Origin: Eledone cirrhosa
Taxonomy: Eukaryota
Direction: 5' to 3'
Length of the DNA stretch: 38,540 bases
NCBI GenBank assembly: GCA_964016885.1
Contig: CAXHJY010001191.1
Location: 1 to 38,540 of the forward strand
Positions within the stretch are counted from its first letter, which is position 1. Every line of letters starts with the position of its first letter. Below the pieces are notes generated by a model, which was given only the letters and a program-made list of their open reading frames with translations, was not told the origin of the DNA and made no database searches. This document shows, in pieces, positions 1 to 13,148 of this stretch. The translations under genes and the position numbers were made by a program.

Positions 1-1367
<1,367 letters not shown>

Positions 1368-4300
1368 CAAACGTCTAGAGACTTTTCTGGGAACGTCCCG
1401 CTCCTTGCTTTTAGTGGGGGACTGGAATGGAATCCTAGATGCACGTTGGGACTATGTGGGAGCATGTCCCGATAAAGGGGGGTGTAACAGCCTCAAACAG
1501 TTAATCGGCCGATTTGACCTGGCCGATAGATATCGACTAGATTTTCCGACTGTGCCACTGTGGACGTGGACTAATCTTAGCGGAACATCTAGATCGTACC
1601 TAGATAGGGTTATAGTTAGAAATAAGGATAGGGACATGTTAAGCTGTCCACAAATGTTCATGGTTGCCTATTCAGATCACAAACTAGTGACCTTCATGGT
1701 CAACCTTGATAGAACCCATAGACAAGGACCCGGGTACTGGAAGCTGAACTTGTCGTTAACGACATGCAAAGCCTACAGTAGACGGATTAGCACGTTAGTT
1801 AAACAGCACTTGACAGGGGCCATTGTCAACAACAGATGGTGGTACTCTCTCAAGAGGGTAGTTAGATTAGACTCCTTAGTTTTTAGTAAAGAATTAGCGT
1901 TAGATAGAAATAGAACCGAGAAGGAACTGGTAAATAAAGTAGAAGAGGCAATTAGAAGTGGCAACGTAGCCAGCGTGCTAGCAACGAGAACGGCCTTGGA
2001 CCAGTTCTTCGACGCAAAGCACGAGGGATGCGTTGTCAGAAGCAAAATACGTGCTCTGGGAAACGAGGGAGCCAAAGCTGTTAGCTGGGCCCGAGTGACG
2101 GAGGACCAAAACGGACGCGTGATACGTGAGCCGAAGCAGATGTGTGCGGCCTTTCAGCGGCACTTTACTCAACTGTTTGGGCAGGGCGGCGTGTCCGGAG
2201 GGGCTATGGATTTCGGTCCATACCTCGACGGCCTACCGCGACTCTCGGACAGCGAGGCAAAGTTCTGTGAAAGGCCGGTTTCAGCCGCTGAGATAGGGGA
2301 CGCGCTGAGCCAATGCGGCAAACGCAAATCTCCAGGTCTCGACGGTCTACCCTACGAATTTTACGTAGCAATGCCGGACTTATTCTCTGGTCTCCTGGAA
2401 GCGGTCTACTGCAACTGGCAACAGAACGGGAGAATTCCCAGTTCTGTGACCGGGGGCGTAGTCACACTAGTCAGGAAGGAGGATGACATAGGCAACTTCC
2501 AGCCCATAACTCTGCTAAACACAGAGTTACAGATTTTGGCCAAGGTATTGGCAAAGAGGCTGGCGCTTGTCGTCGAGAACCTGGTGGGAAAAGCGCAGAC
2601 ATGCGCAATCCCGACCAGGTCCATACACGACAACCTCCACCTCATGCGATACATCATAGAGAGGGTAGGATGTAAACCCGGCTTCGGTGGGGCCCTGATC
2701 AACTTGGATCAGTCTAAGGCTTTCGATAGGGTTGACCATCGTTACCTGGATACGGTGCTCGAGGCGGCAGGCTTCGGACCCGTGTTCAGGGGCTGGATTG
2801 CTGTAATGCACAACAGAAACATTTGCTCAAGGGTCAAGGTGAACGGCTACTTCTCGGAGCCATTCCATATCACGCGATCCATTCGACAGGGATGCCCTCT
2901 CTCCTCCTTTCTGTACGTACTGACTCTCGAGCCACTACTGCGGAAGTTGGAGCTATTGCAGGGCATCCCTCTGGAACCGGGACTGCCGAAAGCGGCGTCG
3001 GTCTACGCCGACGACGTGACAGTAATGGTGTCGAGCGCCTTGCAAATCGAGGAAGTCGGCACCTTACTGAAGGAATACGAAAGTTTCACAGGAGCGAAGC
3101 TGAACCGGGACAAGTCCATCGGTTTGCAACTCGGATCGTGGAGAGGCAAACCGATGCCTTCCGATGGCGTCGTCGGACGCTGGACGGAAGGACCGGTAAA
3201 GCTGCTTGGGGTCTGGTTTGGTCCGGATCTCCAGGTGGAGAAGAACTGGAACGAGGTGACGGCCAAGGTGTTTGCACTCACCCAGAAGTAGGCCGAGTGC
3301 AAACTATTCTTGAAAGGTTGAGCGGAGGTGGCGAACATTTTATAGCGTCCGCCATCTACTACCGCTTGACCGTCGTGCCTTGTCCAGCCAAAACGCTCAC
3401 CAAAATGGAGCGCGCGCTCTTCCAATTCCTTTGGAAGAGGCGGGCTCCTTTGGTGAGAAGATCCATCTGCTACCAACACACTTCCAACGGAGGGCTAGGG
3501 ATGCCGCGGCTGACGATACGCAAACACGCGCTCAGGCTGCGGCATCTCGACGTATTCCTCACCGGACAACCGGTGAGGGCCCTGTTCGTGAGGCGAGCCT
3601 TCCCACGACTCGTCTCGCTGACCGAGCTGCAGTCATGGGTCAAGCAAAGACCGAGGAAAATGGGTGACTGGTACATCGAATGTGCTCAGGCACTCACAGC
3701 CCTCTGGCAGGTGGACCCGGCGATCAGTGGAGACTCCACTTCGTCATTCTATAGAGGGTTGATCCGCAGCAAGTGCGACGATGTGCTCGGTGAAACTCTA
3801 GGCGTAGAGGAAGACGAACTGGCCAGTCTGTTCGGTAGGTCCTTCCGCCTGGGACCGATGGACAACTTCCAGAAGTCCCTGGCTTGGCAGTGCTACCGAG
3901 GAGCTGTACCAGTTCGAGACAAGCTCTACAGACATGGGCGCCCGGGCAGGGACCCTGCAAAAAAGATCTGTCCGAGGTGCGTGCGAGACGAAGAAACCGT
4001 CGCGCACGCATTCATACACTGCCCCGGCGTCACCGACCTGTGGGGCTATGTAGAACGACTATTGTCGCGGGTGGGACCAATCCGGTTGACCACCGAGTCA
4101 ATTGTCATGATCAAACCGCCACCCTCCTTCAAAAACGAAGGAGAGGCGGTTTTCCTTTGTGTGATTGCTATGGCGAAAGAGGTTGTATGGTGGACAAGGT
4201 TGAAAGGGCTGAGGTCAGACACCTTTCTCTGCGGCCAACAACTGATTCTTTTTTTTCAAATACCACTTTGGAAGAAAAATCAGGATGGAGAGAGAGGTGC

Positions 4301-4618
4301 TGTACCCCATCAAGTTTTATGAAAGGTGGGTGAAAGTGGCGAGAATGGCCGAGTGAATGGGCCTTCTCTCTATATCAGCCTGTAGGTTGAGGAAAAGGAG
4401 GAGAGGAAAGGAGTACAAACTCTTCGTACTCCTAGAGATGAGGGTTGCACATTTTTTCGGGGGTATGTGTTACCCATATGAACTGTCTCCCCCTATTGGG
4501 GAAAATCGACTAATTTTTAAATTGCATTTGTGATAATATTTTACACGTTTTTATTGTATGTAAACTTCCCACTTTGTATTTGTCCCCTTCTTTTGTGCGC
4601 CTGTGGCTAATAAAGAAA
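1368..4618 (+). mobile_element. 5'-truncated Tx1/L1-clade non-LTR retrotransposon (APE C-terminus + RT + zf-RVT), inserted in (TA)n
   Basis: ORF 1405-3291 has APE motifs GDWN, SYLDR, SDH and RT motifs KSPGLDGLP, KAFDRVDH, IRQGCPLS, YADD. The next frame has GGLGMP and CPRC..ETVAHAFIHC. The 3' end is AATAAAGAAA followed by TA/CTAT repeats. Sharp GC-rich block between AT arrays. Confidence 0.92.
1369..4333 (+). pseudogene. Tx1-like ORF2, disrupted (TAG at 3289-3291, frameshift near 3300-3340, another near the T-run at about 4250)
   Basis: Protein similarity continues from ORF 1405-3291 into the C-terminal part of ORF 2823-4322 (FIASAIYYRLTVV...). Confidence 0.85.
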
Positions 4619-4650
4619 CATATCTATCTATCTATATCTATATATCTATC

Positions 4651-4685
<35 letters not shown>

Positions 4686-4719
4686 TTATATATATATAAT
4701 ATAAATAATATATATTTGT

Positions 4720-5040
4720 CTTTCAGTTCGTTTCGCGAGATTTCTTATCTGAAAACGTGTGTTGAAATAGATATTGTTACACTTTTGGAGGGTCATGCTA
4801 CCAATAAAAACACATGCACAAAACAAGATGGACAGAACAAAGGAAAAGACACAAAATAAAAACTTAAGTCACTGAGGATGTCACACAATGTCCGAGAAAA
4901 GTGCTTTGACTATATATAAACAACCTTCCGGTTATTGAACCAACCAACTAACCAACAGGAAACTTATAATAAATTGTAGTGAAAACCAACAGGTGTGTGT
5001 GATTTTATTGGGTTCATGACCCTCCTAAAGCATAACAGAT
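4720..5040 (+). mobile_element. Penelope-like pLTR remnant with an inverted terminal copy
   Basis: 4820-5040 matches the reverse complement of 11030-11290. 4737-4820 matches 10985-11070 directly, so about 4775-4820 and about 4993-5037 form an inverted repeat. Confidence 0.75.
4867..4911 (+). ncRNA. Degenerate type I hammerhead ribozyme
   Basis: AGTCA-CTGAGGA-T-GTCACA...(stem II 3' arm decayed)-GAAAAG-TG-CTT-TGACT; homologous to the intact motif at 11178-11220. Confidence 0.55.
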
Positions 5041-5149
5041 AATATATATAATATAGATAATATATATATATAGATATATAATACTTTTTTACTCTTTTAC
5101 CTATTCCAGTCATGTAGCTGAGGCCATGCTGGGACACCGCCCTTGTTAC

Positions 5150-5628
5150 TAAAACATTCTATCTCCAGCCTGTGTTGGCTGGCCATTGGTGTAAGAGGGA
5201 GTTCGTTGCTGCTGCTTTTAGGTTACCTTCGTACGGTGCTGTGGCTCTTCCGGGATAGCAGGGTGTCAAGATGTTTCTTGAAAATATCCACGTCCACACC
5301 ATGCAGATCTCTCAAATTTCTTGGCAGCTTGTTGAAGAGTTGAGGGCCTTTGAACCCCAGGCTATTGCAATATCTGCTCCTTATTATAAATGTGAAAGAT
5401 GGGACCTTAGGCACCACACAGTAATGTCCTGTTTGGGGGTGGTCCAGCTCTCAATGCCAAAGTTTGGTGTTAGTCCCTCCAGGATTTTCCATATGTATAT
5501 CACTGCATATCTCTCCCGTCTTCGTTCCAAGGAGTAGAGTTTCAGTTCTTTTAGCCTCTACCAGTAGCTTATCTCCTTCATTATGGCAATCCTCTTGGCG
5601 TAGCTTTATTGGATTGCCTCAAGGTCCA
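5150..5628 (-). mobile_element. CR1-group LINE 3' ORF2 fragment
   Basis: The minus strand reads RLKELKLYSLERRRERYAVIYIWKILEG and SLGFKGPQLFNKLP...DIFKKHLD, typical LINE C-terminal motifs. Confidence 0.7.
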
Positions 5629-5629
5629 T

Positions 5630-5945
5630 GGTTAGTTTGATACAGCTGGATGCCCTTCCTAACACCAACCTCATTTACAGTAAGTGCTGGGTGCCTTTTT
5701 TTCTGTGGCGCCAACATGTCCACTTTACAGTGTGGCCTGGGTGCTTTTTTTTTGCCGTGGCACCTCCACGACTACTTTGCAGTGGAATGATAGGGACCCC
5801 AGTCCTATCATCTCATTTCTACAGCTGAGTAAACTGGACCAATGTGAAATAAAGTGTCTTGCTTAAGGACACACTGTGCTGCCAGAAATCAAACTCATGA
5901 CCATATGATCATGAGCTGAACACTAACCACTAAGCCAAGCACCTT
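5630..5945 (-). mobile_element. tRNA-derived SINE (same family as 25880-26207 and 31101-31443)
   Basis: Shares ctggatgcccttcctaacaccaacctc...aaataaagtgtcttgct with those copies; A-box-like tggcttagtgg on the minus strand near 5935. Confidence 0.8.
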
Positions 5946-5994
5946 ACACACACACACACATTATTATTGGATAGAGTGTCTGATGGTCTGAGAA

Positions 5995-6070
5995 TTCACC
6001 CGGTCTGAGAATTGAACTCACAATCTTTCGATTACAAGCCCAATGCTCTAACCACTAAGCCATGCGCCTT
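5995..6070 (-). mobile_element. SINE tRNA-head fragment
   Basis: Close match to the head at 31101-31175. Confidence 0.75.
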
Positions 6071-6110
6071 CGCGCACACACACAACAACAATCTGCCTTT
6101 TATAGATAAT

Positions 6111-6292
6111 TGTTTCTACTTTTAGGCACAAGGCAAGCAATTACCCAGTGCATTACTGGTACTTTATTTTATCGACCCCGTAAGGATGAAAGGCAAAGAC
6201 AACCTCGGCAGGATCTGAACTCAGATCGTAAAGCGACGTAACTATGCTGGAAAGCATGGTGTCCGTCCCTCTACCGATACTGCCAATCCACT
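6111..6292 (-). mobile_element. Second SINE family, with a 13-bp target-site duplication
   Basis: Reverse complement of 21170-21343. TTTTATAGATAAT at 6098-6110 and 6293-6305. Confidence 0.85.
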
Positions 6293-6319
6293 TTTTATAG
6301 ATAATGATACACAATAATA

Positions 6320-6773
6320 TACTCTATGAGGTCACTAAACCTGCTAGAAACAGCAGCTAACTCTCCCCCATATCACACCCCTCCCTACTGTCTTAAATTT
6401 AGAAAACATATCCTCTATGAGGTCACTAAACCTACTAGAAACAGCAGCTAACTCTCCCCCATATCACACCACTCCCTACTGTCTTAAATTTAAAAAAACA
6501 TATCCTCTATGAGGTCACTAAACCTGCTAGAAACAGCAGCTAACTCTCCCCCATATCACACCCCTCCCCACTGTCTTAAATTTAGAAAACATCCTCTATG
6601 AGGTCACTAAACCTGCTAGAAACAGCAGCTAACTCTCCCACATATCACACTCCTCCCTACTGTCTTAAATTTAGAAAACATATCCTTTATGAGATCACTA
6701 AACCTGCTAGAAACAGCAGCTAACTCCCCCCCATATCACACCCCTCCCTACTGTCTTAAATTTAGAAAATATC
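6320..6773. repeat. Minisatellite, about 90-bp unit, about 5 copies
   Basis: The unit ctctatgaggtcactaaacctgctagaaacagcagctaactctcc...gtcttaaatttagaaaacatatc recurs at about 6322, 6413, 6505, 6594 and 6684. Confidence 0.95.
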
Positions 6774-7072
6774 CATTAGACAACCATGCAGAACAACTCC
6801 ATCGCAGCTCTGTTGTTCGGCTGGCATCGTCTACGTGCGTGTTGCGCAAGTACTGTGAAACAATAAATTTCAATACTTCTTTGCACAGAGATAATATCCA
6901 TAGGCGAAACTACAATTGTCACTGCTGGCGCAGCTCCTGCTTCGGCAGTCCAGGTCTGCAATTCATTCACCCAGTGCCTGGCAGACAAAAAAGTGGTGCC
7001 ATAAAATGGGTGTTGCAACCTAACTTTGGTAACTTACTGACCCCGAACAACTAATGCTAGTATATATATATA

Positions 7073-7250
7073 TTTCCAATTCCAGCCTGCCCGTCCCCTC
7101 AATCTATCTTATTTCTCATTCTTTCTTCTGATGAAGGACTAGCGTCCGAAGCATAAGACCCTCTTCTTGTTATATCAAGCATTAACCTAATATATCCCTT
7201 CCATATACTGTACCAATTGTGTTGATATTTCTGTTTACCTTTTACATACA
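7073..7250 (+). mobile_element. Solo PLE pLTR-like element with a mutated hammerhead (7124-7158)
   Basis: Homologous to 25072-25250. TCTT-CTGATGA-A-GGAC-TAGC-GTCC-GAAG-CAT-AAGA, with the GAAA core altered. Confidence 0.75.
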
Positions 7251-7426
7251 TATATATATATATGTAGAAGTTATATTTAAATTGTTGGGATACAACAAGC
7301 AAATATTTTTATAACTGATATAAAGCACTCAAAAAATTATTGGAGTAAAAATACGATATATTAACAAATGGAAACTATATTTATAAAACCATATTTATTT
7401 CATTATACATATTTCAAGGACACCAA

Positions 7427-8710
7427 TTTCGATACCACTATGGGGTCATCCGATTCCGCTCAGGTAACGGATCTTGTGGGGCTTTTTATAAATAATTCTC
7501 TACATAGAAAAATACCGGAGATGACCGGAGGTTTATATCGCGACGATATGCTATTACTTATCGAAAATAATAACTGTGAATTAAATAAGAAAAGAAAAGA
7601 AATTATACAATTTTTTAATTACCTTAATCTAAAAGTAGAAATAGAGAATAACCATAAAATAGTTAATTTTCTAGATGTAGCCTTAAACCTTAACACAGGT
7701 CTTCATTATCCATTTCACAAACTAAACGAGAACTTAAACTACGTTAATTTAAACTCTAATCACCCCAGATCCGTTAAAAATACTATAGTGAATTCTGTAC
7801 AGCAACGCATTTCTAGAATTTCAGCTAATAGGAATATATTTGATGATAAAGCACATTATTACAATGAAGCGTTAGGTAGAGCTGGATATAGAAATAAAAT
7901 TAAATACATTGATAAGAATAAGAATATAACAACTAACCATAATCTTAACAATTTTAACAACTATAATAGAAAACCTTACAATAATTCGGAAAACAAAAAA
8001 AGAAATAGAACTAGGAATATATTATGGTTCGCTCCTCCTTTCTCATTAAATATTAAAACTCCTATTGCTAAACTATTCTTTAAAGCTCTTGACAAATGCT
8101 TCCCTAGAACACATAGATATTACTCAATATTTAATAGACATACTATAAAATGAACTTATTCAACCACCAATAATTTAGCACAGAATATTAATAGAATTAA
8201 TAATAGAAACTTAAAACCTAACCAAAATACCACTAACAACCCCAGCAATATCCAATTTTATTTTTTAAAATTATATTGTTTTAATACAGCTCCGAGTAGC
8301 TTGAATTTTGATAAATGTAACTGTAGAAATAAATCTAACTATCCGTTAAATAACAATTGTTTAGCTAAAAATATAGTATATAATTGTTATGTAAAAACTA
8401 ATTTAAATTCATTTAATTATGTAGCATCTACTTCCACAGATTTTAAATCTCGTTTTAATAACCATAAATGCTCTTTTACGAATTTAAACAAAAAATCTTC
8501 AACTTCTCTATCTAGCTTATTATGGGACCTTAAATCAAAGAACATTAATATTCTTTACTTTGGAATATTATTTCAAAAGCTCATCCATTTAACTCCTCTT
8601 CCGAAAATTGTGATCTTTGTATAGAGGAAATATTCTTTATATTAAAAAGCAAAAATTCCGTGAACGTAAGAAACAATCTTTTCAGTTGCTGCAAACATAG
8701 ATTGAATTAA
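7427..8710 (+). pseudogene. PLE RT/GIY-YIG ORF, 5'-truncated, one in-frame TGA (8151-8153) and a frameshift near 8550
   Basis: ORFs 7368-8153 and 8301-8624 are in the same frame, with no other stop between them. The first about 20 aa of the annotated ORF come from the inverted pLTR. Confidence 0.85.
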
Positions 8711-9691
8711 ACGTTTAAATATAAAATTTAAAATGTAATATATAACTCATTCTATTAAATCTATTGAACCTATCGATAAATCATTAGATTCCTTCATTTG
8801 ACTGCTTAAAACTCTCCTTAAAATTTTTTCTAGATAAACACACTGAAAGCTTCTAAATGAGAGAGATTTTTGTAAAATATTTTTTTAACAAAGTTTTTCC
8901 TATTTTTTGAAAACTTCTCTTTTTTTTGAAAATCTCTCTTTCTTTGAAAATTTCTCGTATGATTATAAAAAATTAAGTTAAGCATACTGAGAGTTAAATA
9001 TATAAAAAAATTAAAATTCATTTTTATACTGAATTTTTTATATATATTCTTGTATATTTTAAAAAATTATATCTTAAAATATTTTTAAAAATTATATTGT
9101 TTTAAAGTTATATTGCTTAAAATTATATGAATATATTTCCAAATTGTAATTCCTCTTAAAATTATAATCCTTTTAAAATTATAACTCATTTTTTATTTTA
9201 TATTATGTACTTTATATTTCTCTCTCTATATATGATGCATGTCTACTTATATGTGTATGTATCTATATGTAGGTTGTGTATCTCTGTGTATATATATGTA
9301 TGGGTACATGTGTCTATGTCTCTATATATGTATATATACAATTCGAATACACTCTTTTTTAAAAGGTTTCTTACGGTTTATGCTAAATAAACTTATATTA
9401 TAACAGTCACAACTATATAACAGGTGGATTTATGAGATATATAAAATTTATAAAATTATAACTTACTATTAAATAATATAAGGTTTTTATAATCTTAACT
9501 TTCTTTTATCATCTTAACATTTATAACATTTAATATAAGTAAATAACTTAATTTCCTTCACGCTGTATTGCTATTATATTGAAACGATTTTTCTCCGATT
9601 TCTCCGAAAAATCTATGAATTTCCATAAGTTTAGAAAAATTCCTATATCTTAAACATAAAAAATCTTTTATTGTATATATATTTATGTATG

Positions 9692-9722
<31 letters not shown>

Positions 9723-10296
9723 ATGTATATATATATGAATATATTCTTTTTAATAATATATAGATTTTTTAATAATATATAGTTTTTAATAATATATAGA
9801 TTTTAATAATATATAGATCTCAATTTTTAATGTATAGATCTCAATAATTTAATTGATAATTTAATTGATAAACTAAACATTTAATCAAATTTAAACATTA
9901 GATAACATTCTCCGGTTTTATTATTTATTTATTTTCTATTCACGCTTATTTACTCTGCCTAACTCATCCAATAAATATTTATTTTTTCGCTTCATCTTAA
10001 AATTTACGTTAATACGACAACCTATCACTTAGGGCTTTCTCTTTCTCTTTCTTTTGTTTTCTTCTTAGAGTTTGCTCTTTCTTTTCTCTTTTTCTTTCTC
10101 TTTTCCTTTTTTCTTTTTCCATACTCCAACGGCCTATTTTAAATCTACTGTGATTTAAACATATCCGACACTAATTTGCATAATAGACTAAATAAATTTA
10201 ATAACCCCACTATCCGGGAGCTTCCAACAGAAATGGTCGCATTCTTTAAGGGTATGTCAATATTTATTTATTTATAAAACTGATCTATATTATATT

Positions 10297-10350
10297 TTAT
10301 CTGATGAAAGCGCACCCTAATTTGACTTGGTGTCCTTGAAATATGTATAA
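10297..10350 (+). ncRNA. Type I hammerhead ribozyme in the PLE 3' pLTR
   Basis: TTAT-CTGATGA-AAGcGCACC-loop-GGTGTcCTT-GAAA-TATGTA-TAA; the first stem I pair is non-canonical. Confidence 0.7.
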
Positions 10351-10398
10351 TGAAATAAATATGGTTTTATAAATATAGTTTCCATTTGTTAATATATC

Positions 10399-10962
<564 letters not shown>

Positions 10963-10964
10963 TG

Positions 10965-12085
10965 TTTCGTTTCTGAATTTGTTTAACAAGATTCTTTATC
11001 TGAAAACGTGTGTTGAAACCGATATTGTTATGCTTTGGGAGGATCATGTTGCCAATAAGAAACACACGCACCAGTTGCTTTCACTTCAATTTATTATAAA
11101 TTAAATTTATAAATTTAGGAATTTATAAATTTCCGGTTGGTTGGTTGGTTCCACAACCAGACGATTGTTCATATATTGTCAAAGTTCTTTCGTCACACAT
11201 TCTGTGACCTCTTCAGTGACTGGGGATTCTTTTCTTTGTTTTTGTGCCTCTCCTTTGTTCTGTCCTATGCCATCTTGTTTTTGTGTGTTGTGTGCTTAGT
11301 TTGCGCATGTGTTACATCCGGGTGTCTGTGTGTGTGTTTATATTTGTTTATTTACATGTTACTGGTTGGTTGTTTGTTCTATGTGTGTGTGTGTTTTCAT
11401 TTTGTCCTTAATTGTAAGTTGTGATGTTGCTATTCCATTCATGTTTTCTATTTAATTTTGGTTGGAGTTCATTTATGTTTATTGCCTCTGTGATTTGTCT
11501 AAACATTGCGTCTTTTTTGTGTGTAGATTCTATTTTTATTTCTATGTTCTCTAATTTACCCTTATGTTCTATTTTAGCATGTTGGTGGAGTACAGATGAT
11601 TCTTTATTATCTTGAAACTCTCGCCAGTGTTCATTTATCCGTTTTCCTATACTACGAGCTGTCTCACCTATGTACACTATATTCTTATCTTTACATTGTC
11701 TTTCAGTACATCTTATGCTATATACTACATTTCTAGTTTTACAGTTAATATAGGGGCTTAGTTTACAGATTATACATTTCTTATCTATACAGGGAGGTCT
11801 TTGAAAAGGGTATGCATTACTAATAAGTGTTTTTATGGCGGTACCTGGTCTTTCTACTATCTTAATATTGAGTTTATGTTTATCTAGGGCCCTTCTAAAT
11901 TTGTAAGCTAATTCACCTCTAGGGGTTGTATTTATTGCTATCATACCATGAGTTTATTCTATTAACCTTATTCCTAGTTCTTTCTATTCTATTCCAAAAT
12001 TTGCTCCTATACAAGGGGCAGGTCCCATTTGTATAATTATTTACCATTTTTTCCCATTTGGTTCTGGCTCCTCTATATCCTCTAT
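10965..12085 (-). mobile_element. Penelope-like element 3' portion (Cys-rich linker + GIY-YIG + pLTR with HHR)
   Basis: ORF 11408-11944(-): PCIDKKCIIC..CKTRNVVYSIRC..YIGETARSIGKRINEH..RQITEA..LNRKHEW. The upstream frame has PLYRSKFWN. Confidence 0.9.
11178..11220 (-). ncRNA. Type I minimal hammerhead ribozyme
   Basis: Minus strand: GTCA-CTGAAGA-G-GTCACA-gaatg-TGTGAC-GAAA-G-AA-CTT-TGAC; stems I and II are perfectly paired. Confidence 0.85.
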
Positions 12086-12344
12086 ATAATATATGTAATA
12101 TAATATATGTCCGACGAGCTTTTGATTCCAGAGTCGGGCCAGATTGATACAGATCGAAGCTTGAGCTGATCAACAGCGAAACAAGCATCACCAATCAAGG
12201 TTTTAACAAATCATCCTTGTATTATTATATTACACTCTGTCTAGCTCTACACCTCGCCACTGCTGTGAACCTAAACACCGAGTGCTCACCTAGGTGAACC
12301 TACAGTAACTTCACATTACACTCCCTGGATATATATACATTGAT

Positions 12345-12425
12345 ATATTTAGGGTGGGTCATATTGCCAGAAATAATAAAACACACTCACTGTTTCGTTT
12401 GGATAGAATTTCGCTTCTGTATATT
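12345..12425 (-). mobile_element. PLE pLTR terminal fragment
   Basis: gggtcatattgccagaaataataaaacacactcactg matches 25265-25345. Confidence 0.6.
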
Positions 12426-12469
12426 TTATATATATATATATTATATTATATATATATATATATTCATCA

Positions 12470-12730
12470 TATCTATCTTCTACGCTATCATGGTTTAGAC
12501 GGGTTTGTCCTATATAGAATCAAATTGGGTTGGGTGACCGTGTCTGGCTCATTTTCTGGCTGGTTTTCTACGGTTGGATGCTCTTCCTAATGCCAACCAC
12601 AATTACTGTGTGTGCTAGGCAGTTTTTGCCGTGTCTTTTACATGTCCACTTTACAGTGTGGGCTGGGTGCTTTTTTGTCGTGACACCTACACGATCACTT
12701 TACAATATGGGATGGATGTTTTGTGGTAGC
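12470..12730 (-). mobile_element. SINE 3' portion, diverged
   Basis: ggatgctcttcctaatgccaacc...ccactttacagtgtgggctgggtgctttt is shared with the other SINE copies. Confidence 0.65.
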
Positions 12731-12737
12731 AGCATAA

Positions 12738-12882
12738 TACACACACACACATATATATATATATATACACACACATACATACATATATATATATAATGAT
12801 ATACACATACATATATATTTGCGTGCATATATATATACCATATATATATATATAATATAATATACATATCATACATATACAC

Positions 12883-12958
<76 letters not shown>

Positions 12959-12989
12959 TATATACATATATATATACATATATATATAC

Positions 12990-13042
<53 letters not shown>

Positions 13043-13075
13043 TATAAAGTGTATATGTATGATATGTATATTATA
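12738..13075. repeat. (TA)n/(CA)n compound microsatellite
   Basis: Read directly. Confidence 0.95.
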
Positions 13076-13148
13076 TCATCAACCTCATCATTTAACGTCC
13101 ACCTTCATGGGTAGGACGGATTGACCCTTAGGGGGGAATAAAACATTA

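Larger units (their letters stand above)
7262..10400 (+). mobile_element. Penelope-like retroelement (RT + C-terminal GIY-YIG, Naiad-like by inference), with long AT-rich 3' region, terminal HHR and inverted 5' pLTR
   Basis: TMGSSDS, GLYRDD, VNFLDV, SNHP, CNCR..YPL...CL..NIVY..YVAST...FKSRFNNH, then after a frameshift CDLCIEE...CCKH. 7353-7426 is the exact reverse complement of 10327-10400. Confidence 0.9.

Noticed and set aside
2823-3290. N-terminal third of the 499-aa ORF as a separate protein
   Set aside because: Alternative frame overlapping the RT; only the part after about 3340 is the frameshifted ORF2 continuation.
6320-6773. CRISPR-like regular array
   Set aside because: No unique spacers (the whole unit repeats), eukaryotic context and no cas genes.
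6774-7060. 121-aa ORF 6689-7054, or an element with CATTAG/CTAATG ends
   Set aside because: The ORF starts in the minisatellite and has no recognisable motif; a 6-bp terminal match is too short to call a TIR.
12094-12304. Solo LTR (TGT...ACA) or CTGATCA...GAAAC ribozyme
   Set aside because: No TSD found and no stem II; left unassigned.
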